Assembly: GCF_009914755.1 (NCBI RefSeq)
Contig: NC_060925.1
Direction: 5' to 3' (one strand)
Source: the human T2T-CHM13v2.0 reference genome, Homo sapiens
Length of the DNA: 64,000 bases
Part shown: in pieces, positions 15,101-28,336 of the stretch
How the letters are laid out: every line of letters begins with the position of its first letter
How positions within the stretch are numbered: the first letter of the stretch is position 1
Made by a program: the position numbers and the translations under genes
Notes under the pieces: model-generated
Told to the model about the DNA's origin: nothing
The model's input: the letters and a program-made list of their open reading frames with translations, nothing else
Database searches by the model: none

Positions 15101-17261
15101 AAGAAATAACTGTTCAGCTTACATGATACAGTTCTTAGGGCATCCTTTGCAAAGCATTTTTTTGTTTTGTTTTCTACCCTTAGCCCCTCACCCTCTACAG
15201 GGCTTTCTTTCTTCTACTATACCAGGACTTGCTTTTCTAAATTAGTTGCCAGCCAGCCAGCCAAACAGTCGATGTATCAGTTGATCAAACACTCAACCAG
15301 CCAGCTAGTCAGTTGTTCAGTGAACTGGCCAGTTAGGCAGCTAGTCTATCAGCTCATTTCTTATTTATGCACCCACCTCCTCCCTCCCTCCATCTTTCAC
15401 TTGCTCACTCACAGACTGACTCACTCAGCAGCATCCTTTAGTCATTGGACACCTGCTCACCAACTAGCTAGTCTATTATCTGGCCAAGCACCCATTTTTA
15501 CTAGGGTGTAAGTTCTGTCTTGAGCATCCTTCCTACCCTTAAGGAGCTTGCACTCTGGGTGGATATAAAGAGCCACTCCACAGACACCACACGTACATCA
15601 GTGTATTAACATCCAGGCACGAGGCCTCTTACAGGTGACAGTTGATTGCAGCATAGATCTTCAAGGTAGAAGAAGAGAAGGGAAGGGCTATGTATATGGT
15701 TCGGATAAACAGGGATTGCTACTTAAGCATTGGCCTGAACCTGAAAAGATAAATTAGTCCAAAACACATGCTAGGACTTCATGGGTTCTGCCTGTAAGGC
15801 CAAACTCTCAGCTGATTCATTTATATATCATCTACCCATTTATTCATGTGTCCATTTGCTGGTTCACATGTATGAAGTGGATATAATATGCGCTTGGTTA
15901 GTGTGAGGGATAGATGAGAAACACTCAAATAGCATAAATTAAAAGCTGTGGATATTGAGCAAAGGAGGGAAGCACATCTTTTGGGAAAGATTGGGGAAAG
16001 GGGCCATGGGGAAAGTGGTGTTTAAGATGGTTCCTGAAGACTGAATTTCACTGGGAAATCTGGGAGTAGGGCACCATGACAGATTGAATAGTTCGAGGCA
16101 GGAAAGTATGGGCAAGTTCTGGAAATGAATAGTTTTGTCTGGAACTGTCTTAAGGAAGCTAAAACAGGAATTATAGGTGGTGGTAGCTTATGCAAGATCT
16201 TTAAACGGTTTATATTCCCTCCCCTTCTTCAAGTGCATGAAGGACTGTTATGTATACGCTCTAGCACACTGCTCCCTGCTTTAGGCTGAATCGGGAATGG
16301 TGGCTACCTGCATGCATGTGACCACTCACCTCTCTCATAGCGGACACCATTTACCAAGGAAGGCACTCTTACCCACTGATCCTGAAATCAACCTCAACAC
16401 CCTCAATTCACTGTCAATTCCACCAGGATGAAACAAGGCTGCCTTCCCTGACCTAATCATACATTTACAGACTCTTAGCCCTCAATGGAACCTTAGCAAT
16501 AATGTTGGCCAATCTTTTCATATTGGAAACCAGGAAAATTGAGGCCCAGGAAAGTTAGGGGATGTACCCAAGATTTCACAGCCAGTGAGGGGCGAGTATT
16601 CCTAGAGCTATCTCCCTCCTCCCTCAGCTCCCTCCCTGTGTCTCTAACTGCAACCATGTCACATCACAGGAAAGGGGGACTAGTGCTTCAGCTCCATTTG
16701 TCTTCCATGAGGCAGATCCTAGCATGCTTCCCAGATGGGCGACTTGGCTACTCACCCCCACCCTTCCACTACCAGTGCTCAGCTTCCACAGTGCATGGTC
16801 TATGGATGTTCCATGGAGACCAGTGTATCACACAAGGTCCAGGGCTCGTTTCCCCCTAAACTCCTAGTACTGCCTAGGGTCTTCTAGAAATGTATCATAG
16901 TGGGATGAGGGGTGGAGCGAGGAGATAAATTAACCACACATTTCTGGAGATTCATCTTCTCACTGTTCTCCCTCCAAGGAAGTCCTTCTGTGAAAGGAAC
17001 TTCCTTTAGTATTATCATACAGAATATCTAACATTGGTATCAAAACATCTTCTATGCAGACAGCCTAAATTAGAGGGTGAAATGACTTATATTGCAAATG
17101 GACTTCCTACATTTAAAAAAAAAAGTTGCAAGGTCTCCTTAAGTAGCATCTTCCAAAGTGTCTATTGACAGATTGTTAAGTAATTAGTGAAGGGAGAAAC
17201 ACGAAACTAAAATTTTCTAAGCCATGACTGCTGGTTAACTATCAACCCAAAATTAAGATAA

Positions 17262-17592
<331 letters not shown>

Positions 17593-18639
17593 TAAATCTA
17601 ATTTTTAAAATAAGATGCTACTTGCTCGGTTTTGAATTTTCACCTTACAAGGACAAGCAGCTAAAATTCAGGAACCCTGGCCCCAAACCTCCACTGTCTT
17701 CTCTACTAAGCTTGGTCCTCCTCCCCTAAAACTCTCTGATGATTCACCCAGGATGCTCCTTTTTGCCTTTTCTTCTTTCATTCCTGGAAATGGCATAATA
17801 AATATGTTCCATTTGTCTCCAGATGAAGTCATTAACAACCTTTCTTTTCTCCAAAATCCAGAGACAAATAGGAAGATGTGTCTGGATTAAGAGTTAAATT
17901 ATTAACACTGTCTCTGATAGGTCCCCTCCCAGTGCTCAGGCCTCTGCCAGTTACCCCATTGTTTGCCTGCAGGGTGGAGCTGGGTTTCTCAAGCTTTGAC
18001 TCAGCTTCAGAAATGAGTCTTAACTGCGCCCTCCCTTCCCTGATGGAGTCACAGGCACGCACCTGCTCTCAGGTGCCTGCTCCCCTGAGCGGGAAGATGC
18101 AGAGCCCGGCTTTCTGGTTTTTAATACAGCGTGGTCCTTTGAAGATAAGAAAGCAGATGCAGAACTCCAGATTGGCCAGGACACAGTCCCGTGGCTCGGC
18201 TGGGGCAGTGGGGCTGGGAGGGGTGACTGCAGAGTCACCATTCCACACAGCTTCCCAGGGCCCACCTTATCTGGAGGGGTTGATTTGAGGGGTGGCAGGA
18301 AGTCTCCCCTCTCCTTTGAAAGCATAATCCACTGCCCTAGCCAGCCAGGGTGTTTGGAAATCAGCTATTACCCATTTAAGAGACTTGGGTGAACCCTCCC
18401 TCCTGGATTCTGGATCCAGCGACCATCAGAGCTAGTTTTCTCGCCTATAAAATGTATAATACAATTAGCTTTCTTCATAGTGTGTTGTGAAAACCGCATA
18501 TGGAAGTGTTTGATAAGGTTTAGTAACTAATAAAAAAGCAGCTGTGTCTGGCAGTGTGAGACAGGGATCAGTGAAGATCTCTTAGAAGGGGTAGGGAGGA
18601 CACGCTAGCGCTAGCGGGGAAAAGAGTACCTGGCTTCCA

Positions 18640-18882
18640 CCGCATGTTCTCACTCATAGGTGGGAATTGAACAATGAGAATACATGGACACAGGAAGGGG
18701 AACATCACACACAGGGGACTGTTGTGGTGGGGGGGAGGGGGGAGGGATAGCATTAGGAGACATACCTAATGCTAAATGATGAGTTAATGGGTGCAGCACA
18801 CCATCATGGCACATGTATACATATGTAACAAACCTGCACGTTGTGCACATGTACCCTAAAACTTAAAGTATAATTAAAAAAA
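18640..18882 (+). mobile_element. Very short L1PA (PA4/5-like) 3'UTR insertion
   Basis: cgcatgttctcactcataggtgggaattgaac...cctaaaacttaaagtataat plus poly-A. 20-bp TSD aaaagagtacctggcttcca at 18620-18639 and 18883-18902. Confidence 0.92.
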
Positions 18883-20322
18883 AAAAGAGTACCTGGCTTC
18901 CAAGGAGGGAATCGGGAGGAAGACTGGGGCAAGAAGAGGTGGAGACCACCTCAAGCAGCTTCGTAATTTGTCATCAGTGCAGCCTCTGCTAAGAAGCTGC
19001 CCAGTATTTCACTCCTATCAGCTGACTGAGAGGGACTGTGGTGTCAGGAGACCTGCAATTCAACCCTGGCTTTGACATTAGCCCTCATGTGACCTTGGGG
19101 TAGATATGGCCTCATTCAAAGTTTCAGTTTCCCTCTCTGTAGACTGGCAATAATGTAGCTGACAGGGAAGTCGAGTGTGGAGGTTTTGAAAGGTGTAACA
19201 TGTTGAATGCACATGAGGTTGACTGGGTCTTGAATGTTTATGATCTATGACACATGGTCCCTTTAAGGCCAGCCATATTTAGGTCTCTATCTGGGTCACC
19301 CCTGGGGTATCCTCTGAGATGATAGCTGTTTTATAAGCCGAGTTTTATCACATGACAGAATGCTTCAAAACTAAGCAGGAGTCCTTTATTAATAAAATAA
19401 AAGGGCAATGATGAAATTGGGAAAAATAGGAGTAAAATTCATTGCAGTAAACCCACATGGGTGACTGGGACATGAGGGATGGAGCTGCCCATCTGTTCAC
19501 AGGCAATACACACATACCAGTGCCTTCAAGGCACCAGGCATATGAAAAGCCTTGGTCTATGTCCATGCAAATCTGTCTTGCTGCGTAGTTTCCTTGTGGA
19601 GAGTTCATATCAGCAAGAGCACAGAGGACTGGGGGTATGTGGAAGTGAGGGCTGCAGGTGGAGATGGTGTTCTTCTTGGAGGTGGAATGCAGAACCAGAA
19701 TCTGGAACCCAGAATATTACATTCTTAGTGTTGCTAGGCTTGGGAAGAGGAAGTGGGGGAGGTCTGGCCTGGAGGGGAAAATTAAGGGGCTGATTAAAGT
19801 GAGGCTGACCCTGAAAAATGAACAGTATTCCATCCACATAAGACAGAAAGCTCAGGAGACGTTATTAGTCATGGTCCCCACCCAATGACAGTGACTTGTC
19901 CACCATGGAGATGCTGACTGCGGTGATGGAGTGGAAATGAGCCCCAGGCCAGGCACCCACCCAGCTCCACCCTGAGCAGCTGCATGTGGTTGAGCAGGTC
20001 CTTTAACTTCTTTGGGCCAGCCTCTTTAAATTGTCAGTAAAATTGTCATGAGGATTAAATGAGGTGAGGGATTTGAAAAATGCTTTGGAAAGTACATTAA
20101 GGTATTCCTATCATTTCTCAGGCCATCCTACCCCTTCCTCTGGTGATGGCAGTGGTGAGCCCTTGCATGGCCTCTTGTTGGGCAGCATCCTGAGGTCGAT
20201 CTTTGGGGTAGAGGGCTAGAGGTGGACCAGCTTCCCAGAGGCCCTGCCTTTCTCCATCCCAGGGCCTAGGAGGCTAAATGGAGGACCAGGGCTCCTTCCT
20301 GCCACCTAGATAAGGCCCTGAG

Positions 20323-20506
20323 TAGGATTGCTGTATTTAGCAAATAAAAATAGAGCCTGCCCAGTGAAATCTGAATTTCATATAAGCTACAAGTAATTTT
20401 TGAGTATGTTTCCTGCAATATTTGGAATATACTTATACTTTTAAAATATTCTGTTATCTGAGATTCAAATTTAACTGAATGTCCTGTATTTTATGTGGCA
20501 AGTCTA
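20323..20506. mobile_element. MER53 non-autonomous hAT-type MITE
   Basis: taggattgctgtatttagcaaataaaaatag...aaatttaactgaatgtcctgtattttatgtggcaagtcta; near-palindromic overall structure. Confidence 0.8.
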
Positions 20507-20719
20507 CCACAGGGGCCAATTCTATCCCATGTTCTGTAACCACCACGAATACTCCTCAGCACCCCAACTCCCAATGGGCAGATGGGGACAGCACCGCCGT
20601 GTGCTGGGGCACCATTCACATCATCTTCTACCTGTGCCCCAGAGAAGCCTCACAGAACACTTCGTGAACTGTCCCCCTGGAATAGGAAGGACACTTGCAC
20701 TGTGTATTGAGGAAGGGGG

Positions 20720-20935
20720 ATGAGTGGTACCTGGGGCTAGGCATTGAATCATCCAGATCTGAATTCAAATCCCATCTCTGCTGTTTAATCTTTCTCAGCC
20801 TCACTTTTTTCATCTGCAAAATGGTAACAACGACACTTTCCCTAGAGGGGCCATGAAGATGAAATGAAATAATAAGCATGACGGATGGTCCTGGTGCTAG
20901 CCTCACAGTGAGTGCTCAAGAAATGGCAGCAATTT
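20720..20935 (+). mobile_element. MIR SINE
   Basis: gaattcaaatccc...cctcactttttt catctgcaaaatgg...cacagtgagtgctcaagaaatgg. Confidence 0.7.
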
Positions 20936-21194
20936 GCAGAAAAAGGGATGTTCACATTTTTGTCAGAATTGCCCCAAACCCCATCCTCTCCCTCTTCCTC
21001 TTTTTTCTTCAATATTTCTTATAACTGTCTGTCTGCAAACAGCTCCTTCAATTTGTACTATATTTAAAAGATCTTGAATCCCTGAGTTTGAGCAAACACC
21101 TTTGGTGGGTTAAATCAGCTCAGGTGCAGAGACTTGGAATGCTGAAAATATATGGTGGGTGGCTTTCATCAAAACAGGTCAGCAAAGCAAGTCC

Positions 21195-21364
21195 CTGAAG
21201 GAAGTGCAGGTGGGAGAAGTGGGTGAGGAATTCCCTGGGAGGTGGTAATCAGGACCACACCAAGTGCCCAGGGCAGGTTGGGGGCCCTATAAAGGCTCCT
21301 GGAGTGGCTCTGCCTGTGGACAAGGGCTCAGCCTCCTCTCCTGGGGTCCAGCTTGTCGCCTCTG
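21195..21364 (+). promoter_or_regulatory. SPRR4: SPRR4 core promoter and non-coding exon 1
   Basis: GGAAGT Ets-like site at ~21200, TATAAA at 21288-21293, donor ctctg|GTAAGT at 21364/21365. Same geometry as SPRR1A and SPRR3. Confidence 0.85.
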
Positions 21365-22246
21365 GTAAGTGAGAACTCATCTGTTCTCCTGGGATTTGTG
21401 GGGCGCTTTCCTTCTCCTTTAACTCCTTTGAGCCGCTAGGCCAAGATCCTCTTCCATCCTTGGGTAATCAGGGAAGTGACACAAGTCTTCTGACAATTGC
21501 GGAAATGGCACACTAATCGGTACTTAGAAAGTTTAATCTCCATTCCGCACCATTGCTCAGTATGACTTATTTTCTGATCATGGGTTTGACTCCCCAGAAA
21601 GAAGATTTTTATTGTTGAAGAAGGAGATATTTAGAGCTACAGGATTTTGTAGCAATTCCGAGCCCTGTTTAAAGGTTTCTCACACCCTATTCTGCATTTT
21701 GCTTACCAGTAAGCTTTAAACTTTTCTTCCAGGTGTATGCAAACAGGTATATTGAACATTTTATTCAATCCTATGCAGCTCTCATGCTTCCCTATTCTGA
21801 TTGCCACCTCTTTACTTCCTGAGGCCTGCACTTCCCATCTATAATCATTAACTTAGACCATAAGGAACACTGCCTACAAAGATAGCCAGAGACCCTCATC
21901 AGAGCTGGGAAGGCTTCAGGGAACTTCCTGACCAGCATCCTTCTAATAAGGGTGCTGAGACCCACAGAAGGAAGGTTGCCCATGAAGTTAATGGCAGGAT
22001 GGACCTAGAACCAATGTCTGAGCCTTCTTGGCTAGCGCTCTTTCCTTTGAACATCCTCCTGACATCCTTTGGCTCCAGTGATCTATTTGGCTGGCCCTCA
22101 AGCTTCCCAGTTCTTTGTAGAGGGCTGGAACCACTATCCTGTAGCCACATAGGACTTGCCTTAGTCTCCCATGGTGAGTCAGGGGTGGAGCAGGGATTAG
22201 AGATCAGGCCTCTGCATTCTTATACACCCCTTCTCCAGCCCGATCT

Positions 22247-22247
<1 letters not shown>

Positions 22248-22285
<38 letters not shown>

Positions 22286-22292
22286 ACACACC
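22248..22292. repeat. (CA)n microsatellite in SPRR4 intron
   Basis: Direct reading of the sequence. Confidence 0.95.
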
Positions 22293-22556
22293 ATGATGCT
22301 TACCTGTAAGACAGAGACTGTTTTTGTCCTCTCCTCATGCCCCTATATCCTTGCCCATTCTCATTGTCTGCATTATCAAAGGGAGCCAGTTGACATTGTC
22401 CAGATCTGTCAGCTAAGATGGCATGCTTTGACCTTGTAAAATGTCTGGGCTACTTTTTAACCATCTTTTTAAAAAGGGTGTTAAAAGGCTACTTTTTAAC
22501 ACCCTTCTCATGGTGTCCCTGCCCGGTTTCCTTTAGGCTCACCTGTTCCTAGAGCA

Positions 22557-22796
22557 ATGTCTTCCCAGCAGCAGCAGCGGCAGCAGCAGCAGTGCCCACC
22601 CCAGAGGGCCCAGCAGCAGCAAGTGAAGCAGCCTTGTCAGCCACCCCCTGTTAAATGTCAAGAGACATGTGCACCCAAAACCAAGGATCCATGTGCTCCC
22701 CAGGTCAAGAAGCAATGCCCACCGAAAGGCACCATCATTCCAGCCCAGCAGAAGTGTCCCTCAGCCCAGCAAGCCTCCAAGAGTAAACAGAAGTAA
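22557..22796 (+). CDS. SPRR4: Small proline-rich protein 4 (cornified envelope precursor), 79 aa
   Basis: MSSQQQQRQQQQCPPQRAQQQQVKQPCQPPPVKCQETCAPK...SKSKQK. Acceptor tttcctttAG at 22535-22536; single coding exon. Confidence 0.98.
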   Translation: MSSQQQQRQQQQCPPQRAQQQQVKQPCQPPPVKCQETCAPKTKDPCAPQVKKQCPPKGTIIPAQQKCPSAQQASKSKQK

Positions 22797-23214
22797 GGAT
22801 GGACTGGATATTACCATCATCCACCATCCTGGCTACCAGATGGAACCTTCTCTTCTTCCTTCTCCTCTTCCCTCCAGCTCTTGAGCCTACCCTCCTCTCA
22901 CATCTCCTCCTGCCCAAGATGTAAGGAAGCATTGTAAGGATTTCTTCCCATCGTACCCTTCCCCACACATACCACCTTGGCTTCTTCTATATCCCACCCC
23001 GATGCTCTCCCAGGTGGGTGTGAGAGAGACCTCATTCTCTGCAGGCTCCAGCGTGGCCACAGCTAAGGCCCATCCATTTCCCAAAGTGAGGAAAGTGTCT
23101 GGGCTTCTTCTGGGGTTCCACCCTGACAAGTAGGGTCACAGAGGCTGGTGCACAGTTTCTGCCTCATTCCTCTCCATGATGCCCCCTGCTCTGGGCTTCT
23201 CTCCTGTTTTCCCC

Positions 23215-23240
23215 AATAAATATGTGCCTCATGTAATAAA
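23215..23240 (+). terminator. SPRR4: SPRR4 polyadenylation signals (tandem AATAAA)
   Basis: AATAAA at 23215-23220 and 23235-23240, followed by GT-rich sequence. Confidence 0.8.
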
Positions 23241-25659
23241 TGTGTCTGCTTCCTGGGCTAATTGTCCACTCCCAGTCCCATTCTGTGATTCATTCATTCA
23301 TTCAGAGGGAACATTTTAGGGAAGTGAAGGTGCAAGTACACACATGCCCGGGAGTTCAGGAAGTCACTCTTATGGACACAGTTACTCTCTGGTAACCAAC
23401 AATGGGGAAACATATCCAGATGTATCTCAGGTAAAGGAGGACAGAAAACAAGCCCAGCAACTAATTGGCAAAAGTCTAATAGAGTCTTGCATAACTAATA
23501 CCATCTAGGGAAGATCAAAAGGGAGGAAAATTTAGCTCCTACCATTAGAAGCCCAGCCCACCTGATGAATGCAGTTTTTTCCTCTTGGAAGTTGTCATTC
23601 TGAAAAAGCACACAAAGCATACATAAATGACCTGAGTCCTGCAAAACATTTCTACAAACATGTGCAACTGACTTTTTCATGTATTTGCTTATGTTTTTGT
23701 TCATTCATTAACTCACACTCATTCACTTACATATTCATACTCAACTCATCTGATATTTGGCAAGTTCTAGAATGACCTTAGTTTTCCACTCTGCCATGCT
23801 GGATTTCCAGAGCTATCCAGAGTCAATTTATCCTGTGTCTCAGTGTACTGTTTGGAAGGCAGTCATTTTCTTACACAGGGAAATATTGTTCCGGGGATGG
23901 CCACATACAGAGAGTTTGTACAAAGTATACAGGGCCTGGTTTTGTCAGTTAGTCTGACTTTACACAGCTTATAAAAGAAACCTGTTTTTACAACTGGCTT
24001 CCTGACCCTCCTAACCCACGTGTGAGACCAGCTGCCTATATTGGAAAGAAGCGGCAAACCTCTCAGATATAAAGAAAGATAAGTATTCGAAGAAGAGACC
24101 CTGAGTAGGAAGAAGCAGCTGAATGGAGTTCGATTTTCTCCCCTTGAGCTTTATTCTTTTCCTGGGATTTAGTCACTCAATTTCAGTTGCCACCATCAAG
24201 CATAAATTGCTTTCTCACTTAACACACTAGCCTAAAAGGGAACAAATAACCACCTTCTCTACTTCCCCTTAAAGTAGCGATCCATGGCTGATATTTCCAA
24301 GTCATAGTTACTTAAAACTTAGTGGGTACCGACATTAACCAGGAAAGCCAAAGTATTGCAAACACAATTAAGATTCATTCTAGCCCTAAGAATTCATTGA
24401 CAGCCTTTCTGTGCCCCAATCCCTGCATCCTAAAATAACTCCCCTCTGTCAAGTAGAAAAGCCAGTCTGTCTTATTCCCCTTCCTGGCTTCCTTCCATCT
24501 AAGCCCTATCCAGTTTCTTGGACACACTGTTTTTCAGAGTTTTCATGTCATTTTCATGTCTCCCAAGAAGGCCTTGGCAAGTCTTCCCACAGACTTTTGA
24601 GTACCAGGCTGATAGATTTGCATAGTCTTCAGCTAATTGGACAGATAGGGGTGATTGAAACAATGAATGCTTCTGCTGTGATATGTGTCTCAGGTTATTA
24701 ACTCAGTGAGGAAGGGGAGACACCCATGTTTTCCACACCAGTGGCCAAGGACAAAGTCCCATCTCTGCATGAGTAGGTGGGCATCCATTCCCCCTTATGA
24801 AGAAATTCTTTTATGTAATTCTACCCTTCAGAAGTTCACAAAGCAACATTGGCTTATGTCAAAATCCCAGCCATAATTAAACTCATAAAAGTTAAAATAT
24901 GAGCCCTTAAAGAACAGGAGTCTTGTTTACCTCACTATCCCCAAATGTGCAATGACTAGCTTTTCAAAAGTACAGAAGAAAGAACTGCTTCTGAGTGGAA
25001 AAGGACAGCCTGTGGCAAGCCAGCAGCCTAGTGTACATCTAGAGCAAATTACAAACTAGCTGCACCCACCTGGGGACCCTAAAACTCCAGAGATAGGAGA
25101 GCCTCAGAGAGGTGAGCCAACAAATGTTTACCTGGGATAATCTGTGGATTCTGGGCAAGAGCAGAAGAATAAAAACCAAAGCTTTCTACTGTGGAGGATC
25201 ATTGCTAGGGACAGAGAGACCAGAGAATTTATGGGTGCTCTAGGGGGCGGTCTTTAAGCAAGTGGTTGATATTCCACTTGGAACATGTAATGAATTCTAG
25301 GAATGGTCAGGTCAGGATATTAAATACCTAAGCAGAAAGTCTTTGAAATGTAGAGTGGAGTTTTTAGTAGGTTTATGAAACAATGAATGGAGTTTGCAAC
25401 CTGCCAGGTGGAGGGCCTCTGGCAAACACACCAGATAGAGAGTTAAAAACTGAAAGGCCAGGGATAATTCTACTCTGTTGGATAGAAGTCAAAATCATGG
25501 CCATCGCTGGGGAGAGTACCAACTGGAAGGGGATATGATGAAGCTGTCTGAGATTCTGGAAAAGTTCTCAGCCTAGTGGGTGCCAGCTACCTGGGTTCAT
25601 ATATATATCAAAACATACACTCAACTGATTTGTGCATTTTTTTTGTTAGTTTAACCTCA

Positions 25660-26500
25660 ATAAAATAGAAATATCATTAAAATAGTATCAATTATCCTAA
25701 ATAAGTTTAATGAAAGATATGATGTTTATACTAAAAATATAAAACATTATTGAGAGAAACTAAGAGAGAACTCACAAATTTGGAGATGTTTCATGTTCAT
25801 GTATTAGAAGATTATTTTGTAGAGATGTCAATTATCCTTAATTTCATCTAAGATATGCAAATTAGAATGAAAGTGTGATACTCCTACACAAAGCAACATA
25901 TTGGCTAAAACTAAAAAGACAATACCAGGTGTTGGTAAGAATATGGATAAACAGGAGCTCTTATAAACTGCTGATGGTAGTGTAAATTGGACAACCATTT
26001 CAGAGAACTATTGGGCAGTATTTCTAAAGTTGATCATATGTATCCCCATCCCAGCAATTTCACTCTTTATTGTATACACAACAGAAATGTGTACATAGAA
26101 TTGCTAAAACACATATATGAAAACAGTTATAGTAGCAGTATTTGTAATAACCCCAATTAAAAATATTCCAAATATCCATTAAAAGTAGGATGGATAAATT
26201 AATTGTGAATTTTCATACAATGGCATACCAAAACACAATGAGATTAGTTAGACAAGCTCTACCCCATAACACGAATGAATCTTTCAAACACAGTCTTGAG
26301 AGAAAGAAAGCAGATATTAAAAGCACATATTGTATAATTCCATTTATTTTTATAAAGTCAGAATGACTGGACGGTAAGCTTTACAGGGATCTGGCAAAGT
26401 TTTGTGTCTTTATCTGGGAACTGATTAGACAGATGTGGTCACGCAAATTCATTGAGCTGTGTACATTTTCCTGTATAATAATATCATATTTCCTTTTCTT
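25660..26500 (+). mobile_element. Old L1M (L1ME-like) fragments
   Basis: Degenerate ORF2 3' and 3'UTR motifs (aataccaggtgttggtaagaat..., cccagcaatttcact..., tgtataattccattt). Confidence 0.6.
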
Positions 26501-27806
26501 AAAAAAGCATTATATAAAGTTATATAGAGAGTTATAAAAAAGTTATATAAATTTAAAAAGTACTTAGGCAATATTTAAGCCTGATTGGCTTAAACAATTA
26601 TTTTTCTCACTATTTGTGTGCATACTTTAACCTTTTTCTACCCCATTGTATCTTCAAAGCCCATCTGCAACATATCAACAAAATTAAAACATATCTGTTC
26701 TTCTGAGGAAAGGAGAATATATTTACAAAACCTCCAAACACTGCCAGGGGAGAAAGGATCTCTCAATACACCATCCTCCCAGTATTCCTCCTTCTCACCA
26801 TTTTATTACCTAGAAAATTCTCTCTACCCCAGAAACAGAACAATGCCCCACCAAATCTATCTGTCACAAACACCCAGCAGGCTCAAATTCCCTGCCACCT
26901 CCTGTTCTGGCCAGGAGGCCCTCAGAGACAAAGTGAGCAGGCCTGGGCATCTGCATTGGAGCTGTTCTGACATTCCATTTCCTTTTGCAAAAGGGGCAAG
27001 GGCTCTCAGACTGAACAGAGTTGAATCCCAGCTTCTCCATTTCCTGGTTGTGTGATTGCATTCTGTCACTTAGATCCAAAGTCTGTTTTCTCATATGCGA
27101 AAAGCTGTCAGGTTCTAACAATTATTTGCAGCATTTTGGGGAGGATTGGTGATAATATCTGGAAAGTGGCTGCATATAGCATATGTTCATTAAGTAATTG
27201 ATTTTATTTTCATCTACAACTGGGGAAGATGGCTATCAAAGCATGAGCTAACGATACTCCTCTGCCTAGAAGTAGAAGGTGGCCATATGGAAGTCTTTTT
27301 ACTCTAGCTCAGGAGTCTATGCTAATAAGTAAGTGTTATCTGTTTCCCAGCCTGGGAAGGCTCCAGGCTAGAAAAGAGGAGACTTAGATTCTAGTTTTGG
27401 ATCTGCTATTGAATAAATCTGTGACCTAGAACAAGTTCCTTAACCTCAGTCCTTTATCCATAAAATGAGAGGTTGGGTTGGATGCCTTAAAATTAGGTCG
27501 ATCTGTGAATTCTTTCAAGTTTTTGCATATGTATGGGTCCTGTTCCCTACCCCACCCTCTCTAACCCCATCAGGGTGAATCTTGTGGTTTCCTAATAAGC
27601 AGAGTACATACATGTGTTTGGGGCATCAGCAGAGCTCAAAAAACAAGAGAGTAAGTAAATGAATGAATGCAGATCAGATTCCATGAACCATTTCAGGCTA
27701 TGGTAACTAGAACATTTAAAAACAAATGACAACTAATGAGTTTAAGGTAATTTTGAAAAATAAAGATTTATCTTATATAGATTGGCAGAGGAGGATGGAA
27801 GGGCAG

Positions 27807-28336
27807 TGACGGGGATCAGGATATGCCACCCTAAAATGTCCCACTTGGCACAAGGATTATTTTGAGCTGAAGGCAGTTGAGGGTCAACAGGGACATCAAG
27901 AGTTTTCTGCCTTCAGCTTATCTGCCTAAAGGCAGAGCACAAATTTATCCCCTGTCTTGTGCAGGATGAGAGGACCAATTCTTATTACTAGAGATGGAGA
28001 ACCATCATTGAGATGAGTCTGCATGAACCAACCTTACTAAAGTAGCCCTTATATTCCAGAAGTTCCCCCATATAATCCCTAGTCATCTTCCACAATTTAT
28101 TCTCTCTTGAAGCCCAAACCCTTTTTCTTTCATAGGAAGAATATACAGGCTCTCAAGCCTAACCACTTCTTTGGGTTTTCATTTCTTTTCTGTGAAGCAC
28201 CTATGCATGTAAAAATATTGACATCAACATAAATCATATGCCTTTTCTCCTATTAATCTGTCTTCTGTCAGTCAAATTTGCAGGCCCCCATTACTGAACC
28301 TAAGAGGATAGACAAAAAGTTTTTTTCTCCTCATCA
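27807..28336 (+). mobile_element. MER34-type solo LTR (ERV1)
   Basis: TG...CA ends with 4-bp TSD gcag (27803-27806, 28337-28340); aggatatgccaccctaaaat...aaggattattttgagctgaaggca. Confidence 0.75.

Noticed and set aside
19598-19625. ESSYQQEH resembling the SPRR3 start MSSYQQKQ
   Set aside because: No ATG, no acceptor and no Pro/Cys repeats afterwards; likely chance.
22432-22450. ccttgtaaaatgtctgggc in the SPRR4 intron matching the minus strand of the 343-545 repeat
   Set aside because: An 18-19 bp match with an indel and no flanking similarity; compatible with chance.
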